Positions 1-12,840 of a stretch of 64,000 nt of DNA are shown piece after piece. This stretch comes from Chiloscyllium plagiosum (Eukaryota). The first letter of the stretch is position 1, and each line of letters opens with the position of its first letter. The notes beneath the pieces were generated by a model. It saw only the letters and a program-made list of their open reading frames with translations. It did no database searches and had not been told where the DNA came from. A program made the translations under genes and the position numbers. The DNA is taken from positions 917,998 to 981,997 of the forward strand of contig NC_057758.1 in NCBI RefSeq assembly GCF_004010195.1. The letters run 5' to 3'.

Positions 1-205
1 GTTATGGGTAGGTTCTTCACTCAGCGAGTCGTAAGTTCATGGAATGCCCTGCCAGTAGCAGTGGTGGACTCTCCCTCTTTATGGGCATTTAAGCGGGCAT
101 TGGATAGGTATATGGAGGATAGTGGGTTAGTATAGGTTAGGTGGGCTTGGATCGGCGCAACATCGAGGGCCAAAGGGCCTGTATTGTTCTATGTTCTATG
201 TTCTA
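1..205 (+). mobile_element. 3' end of CR1 (HER1-like) LINE
   Basis: Matches the 3' end of the young CR1 at 53170-53385 and ends in a (GTTCTAT)n tail. Confidence 0.85.
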
Positions 206-209
206 ATAT

Positions 210-893
210 ATTTACACACAGAGACTCACTCACATACACTGTACACCGACACAAGCTATCCATTGCAAGCAAACACACACACATGTGCACTCACGCTCAC
301 GTATTCATCCACACTGCACAATCTCTCAACTGCACACAAACACTCGAACTCTCCCAGATGCACACGCACACATTCACACTCACTCAAATGCAGAGTCTCT
401 CTCTGCCATGCATGCACATTAGTATTCTTTCACTTTTACTCACACAAGCTCTGTCACACACAGTCACACTGTTTCTCTGACACATGGACACGCACATACA
501 CACACACAGGCACGCACGGACGCACATGCACACAGACGAATTATTTCATTGAAGATTTTTTCAGTCAAATCAAAACCTGAACTCAACTTAAAACATAGTC
601 AGATTCAAAGTGGGTCTTTACATCTGAAACTCATCGTCCAATCTGAGATGTCACCTCACTGATAAAATATTTTATTAACCAAGGACAATGATTTCAAAAT
701 AATCCACATTTTGCATTTAGTAAGCAGTCTACCTCCTACATCTACAAGGGCATCTAGTGTTATTTTTTTTTTAAAAAAAGTTTACTGATAAACACTGTGT
801 CTTATACATCTCTATCAAGGCACGCCTGACGAAGGAGCTGAGATCCGACTCCTTGCAATTTCAAATAAACCTGGTAAACAATAACCGGGTGTC
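210..893 (+). mobile_element. Degraded Penelope-like 3' region (CA-rich tract, UTR, degenerate hammerhead-bearing terminus)
   Basis: CA-rich tract 210-540. Terminus CCTGACGAAGGAGCTG...AATAAACCTG...GGTGTC resembles the termini at 26320-26430 and 29323-29495. Confidence 0.5.
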
Positions 894-1140
894 ATAGAAC
901 ATAGAACATAGAAGAATACAGCGCAGTACAGGCCCTTCGGCCCTCGATGTTGCGCCGATCCAAGCCCACCTAACCTACACTAGCCCACTATCCTCCATAT
1001 GCCTATCCAATGCCCGCTTAAATGCCCATAATGAGGGAGAATCCACCACTGCTACTGGCAGGGCATTCCATGAACTCACGATTCGCTGAGTAAAGAACCT
1101 ACCTCTAACATCTGTCCTATACCTTCCCCCCCTTAATTTA
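894..1140 (-). mobile_element. 3' end of CR1 LINE
   Basis: Reverse complement of the family at 1-205; (ATAGAAC)n tail at 894-915. Confidence 0.85.
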
Positions 1141-1218
1141 ATTTTTCATCTGATTTCAACAAAACCTGCATTTTTTCACAGTAATGACGGGGAAGGCTTC
1201 AGCATCTCACTGTGCACG

Positions 1219-1810
1219 TGTTATGGAGCAGGTCAGGCCACCTCAATTATTTGAAAAATGTAGCCTAAAACCTAACTTTTCTTATTTTAAAGACAATTGC
1301 GGAGTGAAGTGGAATTTCCAGGTCTGATGCCCTTATACAAACGGCTTGGCTTTAAGCAAAACAGAATTTAGTTAAACACTACATTTGAAACACGATCGAA
1401 AATAGCAGAATTTGGAATATATTAACCACTGGAAAACTTAACTGACCGACCATAACAACAGTTACCAATTAATCGTTCAAATACAGCAACAACGCACAAC
1501 CCAACAATTCATCCTTGGCATAAAGGTAAATTCAAACATTGATTATTACACGCAGGAGGGAACAACACCCGAAGACACTTCAGAACAAAGTCAGATGGGT
1601 TCTTTACCGAAGCTTACAACACCCCTGAACTCTCACATCTTATGACTGCTATAGGTACAACAAAACAAAAAAAAACTGAACTGGGAGTATTGGCCACTCC
1701 ACTTGCATTATTTAACTCGACACTTTCTAAACTTACGGCATCTCTTTTTTTGTGACCCCTCTCAAACACATCAAGAACAGCATACCCTTGATAAAGGAAC
1801 AGCTTCGTCA
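1219..1810 (-). mobile_element. Solo LTR (Gypsy-type)
   Basis: TG...CA ends flanked by CACG on both sides (possible 4-bp TSD); similar to the LTR at 3147-3799. Confidence 0.6.
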
Positions 1811-2287
1811 CACGCTCTTGTGATCAGTACACAGGGTGTACACAGCTCAGTGGTCAAATATCAGCCCACTATGCTGTGGACATTGTATCACTATAGGCAA
1901 TACAGTTTGAATATTGCTGACTTGTGTAGCCTGAGGCTACACAAACAGAGAATTAGGATAATTACTTTATAAAAAGAACAGGAGACTCTTCGATTAGTGC
2001 TCATCACTGACCTTGTCCCAATGTCAAACACCCCACACTGTAGATGTTGCATTACTGCATACAATTCACCCTTTGCATACTGCCATGCATCCATATACTC
2101 ATTATCTCACAACTGTATATGTTGTACTGCTGTAGACAACACACGTGTTGCACACAGCCGAGTGTACAAATAACAGCCATCCTACATAGTCGCTAATGTA
2201 TTGCTATGGATAATCCAGTCGCTGAATATTGTTAGGTGCTCAAAAATCCCACTGTGTCGCCATTATATTATTGCCAGTTCTGTCACT

Positions 2288-2890
2288 TTGTGTGTGAGTG
2301 TTCGGTTTTGTTTGTGCATGTGAGTGTGTGAGTGTATGTCTGCGTGTGTGTGTGCCTGTTTGTGTTTTTGTGTGAGTATGTTTGTGTGTGTTTGTGCATC
2401 TCAGAGACGTTTTTTCTGCATTCTGGTTACCAAAGTGTATATTTACTGCACTGAGTCCATGTTACTGCATGTGAACGAACGTGTATGTCTCTGTTTGAGG
2501 GAGTGTGTGTCTGAGTGAATCTATGCATGTTAATGTCAGTGTGCGTGCAACTGTGTGTATGCAAGTGTTTGTGTCTGTATTTATATGTGGATGTGTATGA
2601 GGGTGTTTGTGAGTTTGCGTGAGTCTGTGTGTGCATTTGTTTGGTGGTGGTTGTGTGTGTTGCCTCTGTCTCAGCGTGTATGAATGTTTATGTATGTCTG
2701 CCTGTGTGAGTCTGCATTCGTTTCTGCACGTATGTGAATTTGCATATATGAACGTATGTGCACCTGCGCATTTGAGTGCATATGTGTTTATATGTCAGTG
2801 GGTGAGTATTTCTGCATGTGCGAGTATGTGCACGTCAGCATGTTTGGTAATGTTCTATGTGAATTTGAGTGTGTGTGAATCTGTGAGTCC
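2288..2890. repeat. Degenerate (TG)n low-complexity tract
   Basis: TG/CA-rich composition; the Cys/Val-rich ORFs here are spurious. Confidence 0.9.
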
Positions 2891-3146
2891 GTGGTTGCTA
2901 CTGTTTGACTTGTAAGTAAATGAACCTTAGACGAGTATTATGTTGTTTTATAATTATAAATTGCAGGATCGTCTGTGTCATCATCGAGGGAACGTTCACC
3001 CTTCAAGCAGCTTTTATTGCAGTAAAACATCAGCCAAGGAGGAGAAGTGCAGGCAGATACTGTTGATGATGGAATGAAACCGCATTTCTGCATTCAGGTT
3101 GAATCCGTTTCTATTCAAACAGTCTTGACAAACATTCAGAAGAGTA

Positions 3147-4213
3147 TGTTATGGGCAAGGCTAGATGCCGCAAAACGCAGGAAGGGGGTAGCCTAGCCCC
3201 TCACTTTTCTGTTTGTTTTAAGCAGGTGTAAAGTGTATGTCGCATGAATGATGCAAATGTTCGAACAACTAAACTTCAAGTAGAGCAAAATTTATTTAAA
3301 TACCACTGCATGAAACACATACGAAAAAAAGAGAGCGTAGAATGACAACTGTTTGACAACTCAACAGACATGATCCCCGGAACTCAACAAAAAGTTGTTC
3401 CAATTTTCTGCAACATGCCCATATTCATACCCTTTGGCAAAAATGTAAAATCAAACAAGAGTTGTTACTGGCAGTATAAATGTCAGAACAAAAGTTCCAG
3501 CAAGACCTTCGTTCACTTTGGCTGCTTCTCTTTTACCAACAGCTGTTAAAACTGTTAAAACTAAACCAAACTAGAAAAATCTCTGATCTGGGAGACCTCA
3601 CCACTCTCCTTTTTATTGTATAAGTGTTTAAAAAAAAACTATAAGTTGTTTTTTTTTAACCTGACGGTTCCCTTGGGAAGTATCTGTTACGAACTAGCAA
3701 AATCTACACCCCTGACAAATCGGAAACTCGACCGTTTACAACCCCTCTTGGAAGCAACCAAGGACTGCAGAACTTTTTTAAAAGAGCAGTATCGTCTCAC
3801 CTCCGCCCTTCAAAAATAAAAACAAATGACTATCCAAAGATAGTGTCATTTTAAACTCTTTTAATCGCGCACTTTTACTATGCTGCAATACATGTACATC
3901 ACATTAATTACTTCATTGTCTCAAAGATGTTACTGGCAACGTAAACGCTGAAATATTGTAACACCAACACAAAATTCAAAGCATCTTATAACTATCAAAT
4001 CTTTCTGTTCGTGCATGTGCAATGTTCTGGAGAAAAACCGATAAGTCCTTCTATCTTTACGCCCACTTCATGTAAGTGTACAGCACCGACACCAACATCT
4101 CTCGCATCGACCGCCAATTGGAATGATTCACGTACTGAGGCGTGGGCAATAACGGGGTAGTGGTTAACACAACTTTCAGACTGTAAAATGCCTTCTGATA
4201 TTCTTAAAATCAC
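3147..4213 (-). mobile_element. Gypsy remnant: RNase H fragment, PPT and 3' LTR (3147-3799)
   Basis: ORF 3995-4213 reads PVI..ESFQLAVDARDVGVGAV (RNase H DASxxGxGAV motif). Minus-strand purine tract GAAGGGCGGAGG abuts the LTR start near 3799. Confidence 0.7.
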
Positions 4214-4249
4214 AAAACACGGGATTATAGCCCAGCAAGTGTATAAGGA

Positions 4250-4860
4250 ACAATTAGCTTTCGAAGAGCTGATTTTTCATCAGGTCGTTTTGAAGCAGGA
4301 CCATACGACACAGAATTTATAGCGAAAGTTCACAGTTACACAATGACACATTGAACAAACCTAGGCTATTACATATTTATGTTTTTGTTGCAATGGATTG
4401 TTGGTTATATAAATCACAGAACCTCTTTTAAGTCACAATCTCAAGACAATTTAAGGTTCTGTAATAAAAGATGGTGTCTCAGCTCAGATGATGCCTTTAA
4501 CTTGCTTGGTGAGAGCCTTTCCATTTCCTAATCTTGAGGCAGACTGGTTCTGTTTCCAAAATGGAATTTACATATTTTGTGGACTGATAAACTGCAGTGC
4601 TTCGTCTGTAGCCTCACTGAAAATGTTACCTAGTATGGTGCCGAAACATCTAAAAATGAACCTTCCAGCTCATCAAGCAAATCCAGAGCCTCAACCTGAG
4701 CTACAAACTTCTCAAAACTTGCCATGACAGCTTGCAGTTTCTACAATTTTTGAGCAAAATAGAATGTATCTGCAAATGCAATTCTGTAAACATATATTCA
4801 CCCCATAACTGTAAATGTGTGTGCTTGTGCAGGAAAGAGAACGTGATGTGGGCATTAAAC
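4250..4860 (-). mobile_element. Penelope-like 3' region, interrupted by a second Penelope-type terminus on + (4600-4725)
   Basis: Minus strand CTGATGA...GAAAGCTA at 4255-4284; body resembles 25900-26430. Insert carries CTGAAAATGTTACCTAGTATGGTGCCGAAAC. Confidence 0.5.
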
Positions 4861-5029
4861 CGGAGATAACAACTCTGTCCTAGTTTTAAACTTCACCATC
4901 CCCCCACTACCTGAATTTCTGTCTTAAGATCCCTATTTCTCATCCTACCAAGGTCGGTGGCTCTTATGTAGACAATGACTTGCGGCTACTGTCTCTTCCC
5001 CGCAAATTTCCCCAAAACACAATCAGAGA

Positions 5030-5600
5030 TATCATCAACACTGGAACGTGGCAGGCAGAACACCAAACGTGAGTCTATCTCGTTCCCTCAGAACGACTTG
5101 TCGTTTCCACGACATATGGAGTCCCCAATGACTAATGTTGTGCTCCTCTTCTCACTTCCCATCTAAGCAACAGGAACAATTTCTGCGCCAACCAGTTCCC
5201 CGTGGCTTACCCCTGTTATGTCGTCTCTCCACCCCAACAGTATCCAAAATGGCATACTTTTTGTTGAGGTGAACGGCCTTTGAGGATCCCTTCATTGCCT
5301 GCCAGTTTCATTTCTATCCACTGAGGGTACGCCACCAACCTTCTTCTTGTACCTGAAGTGTGCCTACTCATTGTAACTGCCCTCAATAACCCGCTCCACC
5401 TGCCAAATGGCCCGAATTTCAGCCAGCTCCACCTCCAGTTCTCGAACTAGACGTTTTCAACGAGCTGACGTTGGGTGCATTTCCTGAATATACAGTTATC
5501 AGGGACACTAGCGGTAATCTTACTTCCCACATTCTGCAGGAGGAACATTCAACTGCCCTAACTTCCATTCCCACTATTCTAAATTCCTAACGAGCCGGCT
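5030..5600 (-). mobile_element. CR1 ORF1 (zinc-finger region) remnant
   Basis: Minus strand reads AVECSSCRMWE...VPDNCIFRKCTQRQL, resembling the Cys-rich N-terminus of CR1 ORF1. Confidence 0.6.
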
Positions 5601-6108
5601 GAAAACTAAAGGAAAAAGAAAAGCTGGGTCACCTACTCATTCCGGAGCATAGCAACTTCTTTGCTCATGTTGCCAACCTATTTATGTCTCACTGTCCTCA
5701 TCGCCATCTCCCCCAATGTTTTTTGTAGCTTGCAAACTTACTAATCGGGCCACCAATATTTTCTTCCACATCATTTAAGAATGAAATATATAAAAATATT
5801 CCAAAATTCTTCTTTTAAATGTACAATTCATTTATAATCAATTATACAGAATGTATCAAATGGACTGCTGTTCTCAAAATTCTATGGCTTTTATGATTCT
5901 ATAAGTAGAAGTGTTAGTGGGCAGAACGTGTACATGTAAGGAATTCAGTGGGAGAGAGCAGGAAGTTTTTGCTTACACCCCCAATAATTTACATTTCTAT
6001 CTTGTGGAAAGGTCCTTGTGTATAACTTCTACGCATACCTCTCAGATTATTGAGTTCTTCTATCAGGTCACTCTTCTTCTTCCTCCTTTGAGTGTGTCAA
6101 GAAATGTG

Positions 6109-6166
6109 ATGCTTTAGATTATTCATCACGTTGATTCTCCAGTTCTAGCTGTCATCGAAATTCCTG
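6109..6166 (+). pseudogene. Exon 1 remnant of GPR139-like GPCR pseudogene A
   Basis: Reads ML*IIHHVDSPVLAVIEIP then G|gtaaat. Resembles the family YYPxLAxxGxP TM1 start; phase-1 donor matches the acceptor at 11995 (G+CT = Ala). Confidence 0.6.
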
Positions 6167-6439
6167 GTAAATCTCTCTTTCATTTAAAGAGACAAAGCAG
6201 AAAGTGCAGCTGAGACTCAGTACATCCGTGAAGTCTGCAAAGGAAGGCTCAGTCGGCTTCTTCTTCAGAATGGTGCGGTACAGCTGTGTTGAACTTTCGT
6301 TGAACTTACAGCTGTGCAAATAACACTTCCGAAGAATTTTGGTAATTTGATTGATTTCAGACATTCCATTATAATACTTGTATCTTTTAAACAATCCCTA
6401 TATTGTAATAAATAGCTCCGAAAAAGCATGAATTTACAA

Positions 6440-7290
6440 GAATTTACAAGAATGAAGTGGAACCTCTGGACAAGTTGCAGAACAGCTTTACCAATATGCT
6501 GCTTGGATTAAAGGGGATGAGCTCGAAGGAGAGATTGGAAAAACAGGGTTGTTTTCTCTGGAGCAGCGAATGCTGAGGGGAATCTTGTTCGAATTCTATA
6601 CAATAATGAAATATATAGGTAAGATTCACAGCTAGAATCTTCGTCCCACTGCTGAAATGCCGAATACTGGAGGCGGGGTGGGGGTGGTTGTATTTAATGT
6701 GAATAGGGGAAATTTGAAGGAAGATATGAGAGACACTTTTTTTACACAGAGAGTAAGTGCCTGGAACACACTATCGGGTAAGTGGTGGAGGCAGAGACAT
6801 TAAGGGCTCTTAAAGGGCGTTGCGATAAGCGCATGAAAAATGCAAGGCATTCAGTGATTAGATTAGATTAGATTACTTACAGTGTGGAAACAGGCCCTTC
6901 GGCCCAACAAGTCCACACCGACCCGCCGAAGCGCAACCCACCCATACCCCTACATTTACCCCTTTAACCTAACACTACGGGCAATTTAGCATGGCCAATT
7001 CACCTGACCCGCACATTTTTTGGATTGTGGGAGGAAACCAGAGCACCCGGAGGAAACCCACGCAGACACGGGGAGAACGTGCAAACTCCACACAGTCAGT
7101 CGCCTGAGTCGGGAATTGAACCCGGGTCTCTGGCGCTGTGAGGCAGCAGTGCTAACCACTGTGCCACCGTGCCGCCCGTAACATGGACCAAGGACAGGCA
7201 GAAGGGATTGGTTTAATTTGCCATCATGTTCGGCACAACATCTCGGCCAAAGGTACCATTCCTGTGCCGGACAGCTCTGTACCATGTTGA
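6440..7290 (+). mobile_element. CR1 3' part interrupted by a SINE
   Basis: Degraded ORF2 C-terminus and TTTTTTACACAGAGAGT motif; the 3' tail resumes after 7177. Confidence 0.7.
6856..7177 (-). mobile_element. HE1/V-SINE-like tRNA-derived SINE, full length
   Basis: Minus strand GGGCGGCACGGTGGCACAGTGGTTAGCAC (A box), GGTTCAATTCC (B box), LINE-like 3' end and (TAATC)n tail. Confidence 0.9.
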
Positions 7291-7329
7291 ACGCTTTACA
7301 TTAACTGTTCTATGTTAAACAAAGGGACT

Positions 7330-7830
7330 TCAGACTCATTTTTCATGATCTTCAAATTCTCCCCTACCTCTCCTACCAAGTTTTTCATTAAAGTCCCATT
7401 TGGCAGAAATGTTTCTATGTGCTTCGACAGTGGTTTCACGCCGTTAAATTTAAATTCAAATGACTCACTGCGCAAGGATAGTTTCATCATTTGACCTCTG
7501 TTTCTCTTTTAATTCTTTTACGTCAGTAACCTCAAAGCTGTCAATTTTCAGACACAGCGAAGGCTTCGCATTCTTTTGTTCGGTGGAACACTTTGTAAAC
7601 AGGAGATTCTGCGTCCATTCTTACTTTATTTCTGATTGGTTACTGATATGAGGTGAGCATTTTTTGAAATTTTCGAATCTGTTCCTGCAACTGAAGAGGC
7701 CCAGGCATCCAAAGTTGTTTTTAAACTAAATATATCCTGAGAGTTGATATCGTTCTTTGCAACTTTGCTGACGCCCAGTGCATCCGAATGGGATACAATA
7801 CGTCCGTTGAACCTTGACAAAAAAATTGCC
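7330..7830 (-). mobile_element. Possible L1 ORF1 remnant
   Basis: Weak by-eye resemblance of minus-strand fragments to L1 ORF1. Confidence 0.25.
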
Positions 7831-7994
7831 AAGCGTTATCACATCTTGCTTGGTTCTTGTTGCACGTTGTCTTCATATGTTTAGACAATTGGAAGGTGTG
7901 TTTACAGCCATGGTAACTTTATCTGTCAACTGCAAAATTATGGATCCATACACGATGGTCTCCTTCTGTGTGCAGGCAATGACTTTATTATCAC

Positions 7995-8590
7995 GCTGAT
8001 TAGATTTCTTGTATTCATTCGTGGGATATCGGATTCGCTGGTTTTGCTCAGCAATTCATTGCCCATCCCGAGTCGCACTTTAGAGGCGGTGCTGAGCTGC
8101 CTCCTTGAACTGCTGTAGTGCAGATGCCGCAATTAAAACTATAATGTCCTTAGGGTGCAAATTGAAGCATTTTGACCCAACCAATAGAAGGAACGGCGAT
8201 ATATTTCCGAATCATATTAGTGAATGCTTGGAGACAGGCTTTCAGAGACTGGCTTCCATGCATCTCTGACCTTGTACTTTTAGAATTTACAGATAGAGGT
8301 TTCGTAAGGATATCCGTAGGGATCGTTGTTGAATTTCTGCAATCCATATTTTACATAGACCACACTGCTGCTTGTGAGCGTCGGTGGTGGAGAGAGTGGA
8401 TGCTTTTCACCTCATCAAGCTGTTTTGTCCTGGATTGTGTCACATGTCTTGTGTGTTGTTGGAACTGCATGCATCTAAGACTGTTCGGGTAGTCCATCAC
8501 ACTTTTTGCTCTGCTTTCTCTCATACAAGCGATAAGCATGTCTCACTGATCACGTATTTGTGTCAAGGTGCATGCTTGAGCTGTTGGAAG
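7995..8590 (-). mobile_element. LINE (CR1/L2 clade) 3' part
   Basis: Minus strand CAGTTCAAGGAGGCAGCTCAGCACC...GGGATGGGCAATGAATTGC 3' end; same terminus at about 22000-22055 and 27075-27140. Confidence 0.6.
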
Positions 8591-8739
8591 TTCATTTAAC
8601 TTTACCATTTGTTTGTCTCGTTCATAGTTTCCTACCAAAATTCAATGATCTTTGATGATGAATATACAACTGTGTTAATAAGTCTATTCCCTTTCAAGTT
8701 TTTTGCAGGCAAATGTCCAGATTCGTTTGAAGAACCTTT

Positions 8740-9780
8740 GCACCTTTACCAATTCAGCTTCATTACTTCCTCAACACTTATCCAGGCACAATGTATCATT
8801 CAAAAATCTGTTTTCCGGATTGGAACAAATGGAACGCCTTATTATCTGTCCTCGAGGGAACCCGTTCACCAGTTACCAACGCCGTGCAATCATGAGATTT
8901 AGGATAAAGAGTTTGCAGTTTGTGCCTGCTGTATCATTCAAAAGAATGACATTTGATCCAATATTCTACATGTCCACTTCCCTGTCCTTTCGCCACAAGC
9001 TTTCATTCTCTGACTGATCAAGAATTTACCTATCTCAGGCTTATATATGCAGAAGGTTAGTGTCCCCACACCTCTCTGCTGCAATTATTTCCAAAGACTC
9101 ACAACCCAACTGAGAGAAGAAATCCTTCCTCATTTCAGTGTTAATTTGGTGTTTCTATATCCTGAGACTGTTCCCTCTGTTTCCAGATTCTGTCAGAGTG
9201 GACTATCCTTTCTGCATTTCCCTTGTAACGTACACATTAATAATGCTTACTGTTTCAAGTAGATCAGCACTCATTCTTTTAAATTCCAACTAATCAAGTT
9301 CCAAATTGTCCAGTTTTTGTTTATGTCACCATCCCTCGATCCCAGTGTTCATCCTAATGAATATTGAAGTTCCCTCTCAGTTTTTTTTCAAAAGATGGTT
9401 ACTCAACAGAAGTATCCAGAAACTTTGGTTTATATTTAACAGGGGTTTCAGCTTCAAAACAAAGATCTCAGACATTCCTGTTTCCACAACCTCCACCCCT
9501 GTAAGATGGATTCACTTGATCAATGGCTCTGCTGCTGAACCCATCATTTGCAATCCTTCCCCAATGAACTCCACTGTTCCCTTTCACCCTTTGGTTTGCA
9601 GGCAACATGTACCATCAGTACCCTGTAGAACATTCAAACGAGTTTAGGAGCAGGAGCAAGTCATTCCGCCCTTCGTGCCTGTTTCAACATTTAATGCAAT
9701 CATGGTTAATTATCCAAATCAGTCCACTGTTCCTGATTTCTACTCATGTCTCTGCCATTAAACTCTCTGGCCTTCCAGCA
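8740..9780 (-). mobile_element. Several old CR1 fragments
   Basis: Degenerate RT and 3'-end pieces. Confidence 0.45.
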
Positions 9781-9840
9781 CATATCGGTTATTTCCACTC
9801 TACTGCATTTCAGATGCATTTTGCAACGGGTAACAAAGGA

Positions 9841-10320
9841 GTGAAAAGCATTTACATGAGGAAAGCTACAGACAACTGTTTTAGGAATCGACACGTGCAT
9901 GAAAAACAGAAGGGCACAAGATAATCTGGAAGATTAACGGAATGTTGGTCCTTCGTTCACTCAGGTATGAATAGCAGAGCAAGGTTTCTGAAGGTTTGTA
10001 GCTCAGGTTGAGGTTTATGGTGTAGGTGTGCTCGCTGAGCTGTAGGTTTGATATCCATTACCTGGCTAGGTAACATCATCATGAAAAGCATTTACATGAG
10101 GAAAGCTACAGACAACTGTTTTAGGAATCGACACGTACATGAAAAACAGAAGGGCACAAGATAATCTGAAAGATTAACGGAATGTTGGTCCTTCGTTCAC
10201 TCAGGTATGAATAGCAGAGCAAGGTTTCTGAAGGTTTGTAGCTCAGGTTGTGGTTTATGGTGTAGGTGTGCTCGCTGAGCTGTAGGTTTGATATCCATTA
10301 CCTGGCTAGGTAACACCATC
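9841..10320 (+). repeat. Tandem duplication, 2 x 240 bp
   Basis: 9841-10080 and 10081-10320 are nearly identical; each unit holds a CR1 piece plus a Penelope-type terminus. Confidence 0.95.
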
Positions 10321-10429
10321 ATCATCAGTGGCGACCTCCAAGTTGAAGCGTAGCTATTAGATATAAATAGAAAGCAGGAGACAACACCCTATGAATAGCA
10401 GAATAGGCACTATTACTGCAACTGTATAG

Positions 10430-11151
10430 TATTATGACACGTGGTAAACACCTCTGCTAATTTAAACCAGCCACACAGAAAATGTTCACCTCGTGCCGTA
10501 AGCTGTTAGAATTCGAAAGACAAAGAACTATCCCAGATGTCACTGTCTAAAGTAAAAATTAACAATTTTATTCTAACAGTTAAACAGAGAATATTAAATT
10601 GCTCACAACTCCTTTCGCTTTAACCGATCTTTTGCATCCGAATCGATAGTACTGGTCCAATAAAAATTCCAGATGAAGATTTATAAACAACATCAACTTT
10701 CAAAAACAGTCAGCTATAGAATCATCTCTTTGTATCTGCATCTGAAGATTTTCCTGTAAATCGGATTCGATGTTCTGTTGCGCAAACTTCTCATAGACAG
10801 GTCCTTGCAGTGTGCTCTTCAAGTAGCAGTATATGTTTGCGCATGAACTTGGCAGTTCTTTTTCTAGCTGTTCAAAATGTCCAGTTTTATATCCCAAACC
10901 ATCGGATCATTTCATTTGTTTTAATATTATCAAAATAACAAAATCAAATTTGATTAAATTTTGGTATCTTGGAGCATAATTTAAACTGATTGGCTGAATT
11001 TGAACTTGTGTTTGTTTCCTGATAACTGAGCTGCAGCTATTTGTTTCTCAAGTGATAATTTCTTAGTTTGTTCAGAACACTGTTTCTTTGTCAGTCCTTG
11101 CTAGTTTTGCAACCTTCTTAAAGTACAGTACACCTCTACATCTTCATAACA
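10430..11151 (-). mobile_element. Solo Gypsy LTR inserted in a CR1 fragment
   Basis: Reverse-complement similarity to the LTR at 40648-41321; splits the CR1 sequence CTGCAACTGT|ACAAGGTGCAGGTGAGA. Confidence 0.7.
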
Positions 11152-11995
11152 ACAAGGTGCAGGTGAGATCATATATGGAGTAATTTAATCAGTTTTGGTT
11201 TCCTTATTGAATTAAAATGTCGTTTCTACGGGGTGACAAGTTAGGCAGGAAGCCTACTCTTAGGTGAGGTAAACTGGGGCATGAAAAAGCCTTGGCTGGT
11301 AGGATTAAGGAAAATGGCAAGGCATTATACGCCTTTATGAGGAACAAGTGGATAGCTAGAGGAATGGTAGAGCCGATCAGGGATATTTGAGGGAACGTAT
11401 GCCTGGATTTGGAGTAGATAGGTGATGTCCATTAATGGAAACCTTGCTTCAGCATTCACAAGTGAGTAGGAAGATGGAAACTCGAATAGTTTGATGATAT
11501 AACGGAGTATCTGCTGGAAATTTGGAAAGCCTGAGTATAAGTAATTCATCTGTGCCAGATGGGATGCACAAAAAGTTGCAACGGAAAGGGAGGGAAGAGA
11601 TTGCTGCATATTTGCCTCGTTCCTGATGAAGGCATATACCCTAAAGGGCAATCCTCCTGCTCCTCAAATGCTGCCGAATAGCACCACTCTCTCGACAGGT
11701 CTACCTACGGCTGAGATGGATTGATTCCTGATCACAATGGGAAATCAAAGGATCAGTGGACAAGGAAGAGATCGTTAGGAAAATTGAAGCATCTATGTAC
11801 CTAATAAATTTTCATCGATGTTTGAATAGCCAAATAGTTTGTGCCCACTCCTATCTCTTCTCAATTTATGGAAATAATATTTCACGAATTGCTACATTTA
11901 AAATCATGTGGGAGAATTTCAAAACGTGCACTAAGAAACTGGCATCTCTAGTTCAACTGAACTATAGCCAACCTCTTTTATTTTATTCCTCGCAG

Positions 11996-12840
11996 CTAAC
12001 GTAGTGACGATTGTAGCCCTGCCTCTTCTAATGCTATCTTACGGCCAAGTCTTTTGCAGACTTAATGATCATCATTCTTGATCGAATTCTGAGACATATA
12101 CCATTGATTATTGAGATAGCTTTTTTGTTCATTCTTTTGAATTTCCTTATCTGTAATCTTCACTATACTTAATATTTGCTGTCATTGTGTGTTCCGTCTG
12201 GTTCACCATCACTTTCACTTTTTATCGATTTGTAGTTATTTCTTGCCAGAAGCTGAAAGTTAAGTACTTCACTGAAAATAGAGGCATACATTGTTCCAGG
12301 AACTGACTCTGTATTTCAGACTAGTGCATGCATATTGGTTCAGAGATTTGCCTTGTGATTTCGACATAAACTAGATTGTGGTACAAGCGACAGTTTGGGC
12401 ATCAATTGAATTCCTTGACGACGTTCTCAATCCTGAAATGCCATTTATCCTGCTTCTACGGATCAATGCCTTCATTACCAGATACATCGCCTTGACCTGC
12501 AAAGCTCACACAAGATACCCGGTTTCCAGCAGTGCAGAACGCTCCACAGACTCAGAGATGCAAAATCGAAAGAAATCAGTCATCTTACTATTAGTTGTCT
12601 CGCGAAGTTTTTGTTCTGTTCTGGTTCGTGTTTATGGTGTATTCTATATGGAATGCAATGTCTGTCATTGGCTATAATTCTGCATAGTTAGATAATTATT
12701 TACCTGAATTAGGTTTAATGCTTGAACTCCTCAGTTGCTGCACAAATACCGTTAACTTATGCTGTGACCCAGACTAAAGTCAGAGAGCAATTGGAGGATA
12801 TAGTTCAAAAAGCCCTTTTACATCAATTACTAAATTAATA
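11996..12840 (+). pseudogene. GPR139/GPR142-like GPCR pseudogene A, exon 2 (multiple deletions and frameshifts)
   Basis: Acceptor ttcctcgcag|CTAAC. Reads ANVVTIVAL, FADLMIIILDRILRHIP, SVWFTITFTFYRFVVISCQKLKVKY, VWASIEF...PFILLLRINA, EMQNRKKSVILLLVVS, LSCCTN, YAVTQTK. Confidence 0.88.

Noticed and set aside
184..580. His/Thr-rich ORFs (also Cys/Val-rich ORFs at 2324-2915 and similar at 59579-59911)
   Set aside because: Translations of degenerate CA/TG microsatellite.
6152..6394. 80-aa minus-strand ORF
   Set aside because: No recognisable domain or splice support; lies in the inferred GPCR intron.
7100..7177. tRNA-like A/B boxes in several places
   Set aside because: SINE heads attached to a SINE body and tail; no full cloverleaf, so not tRNA genes.
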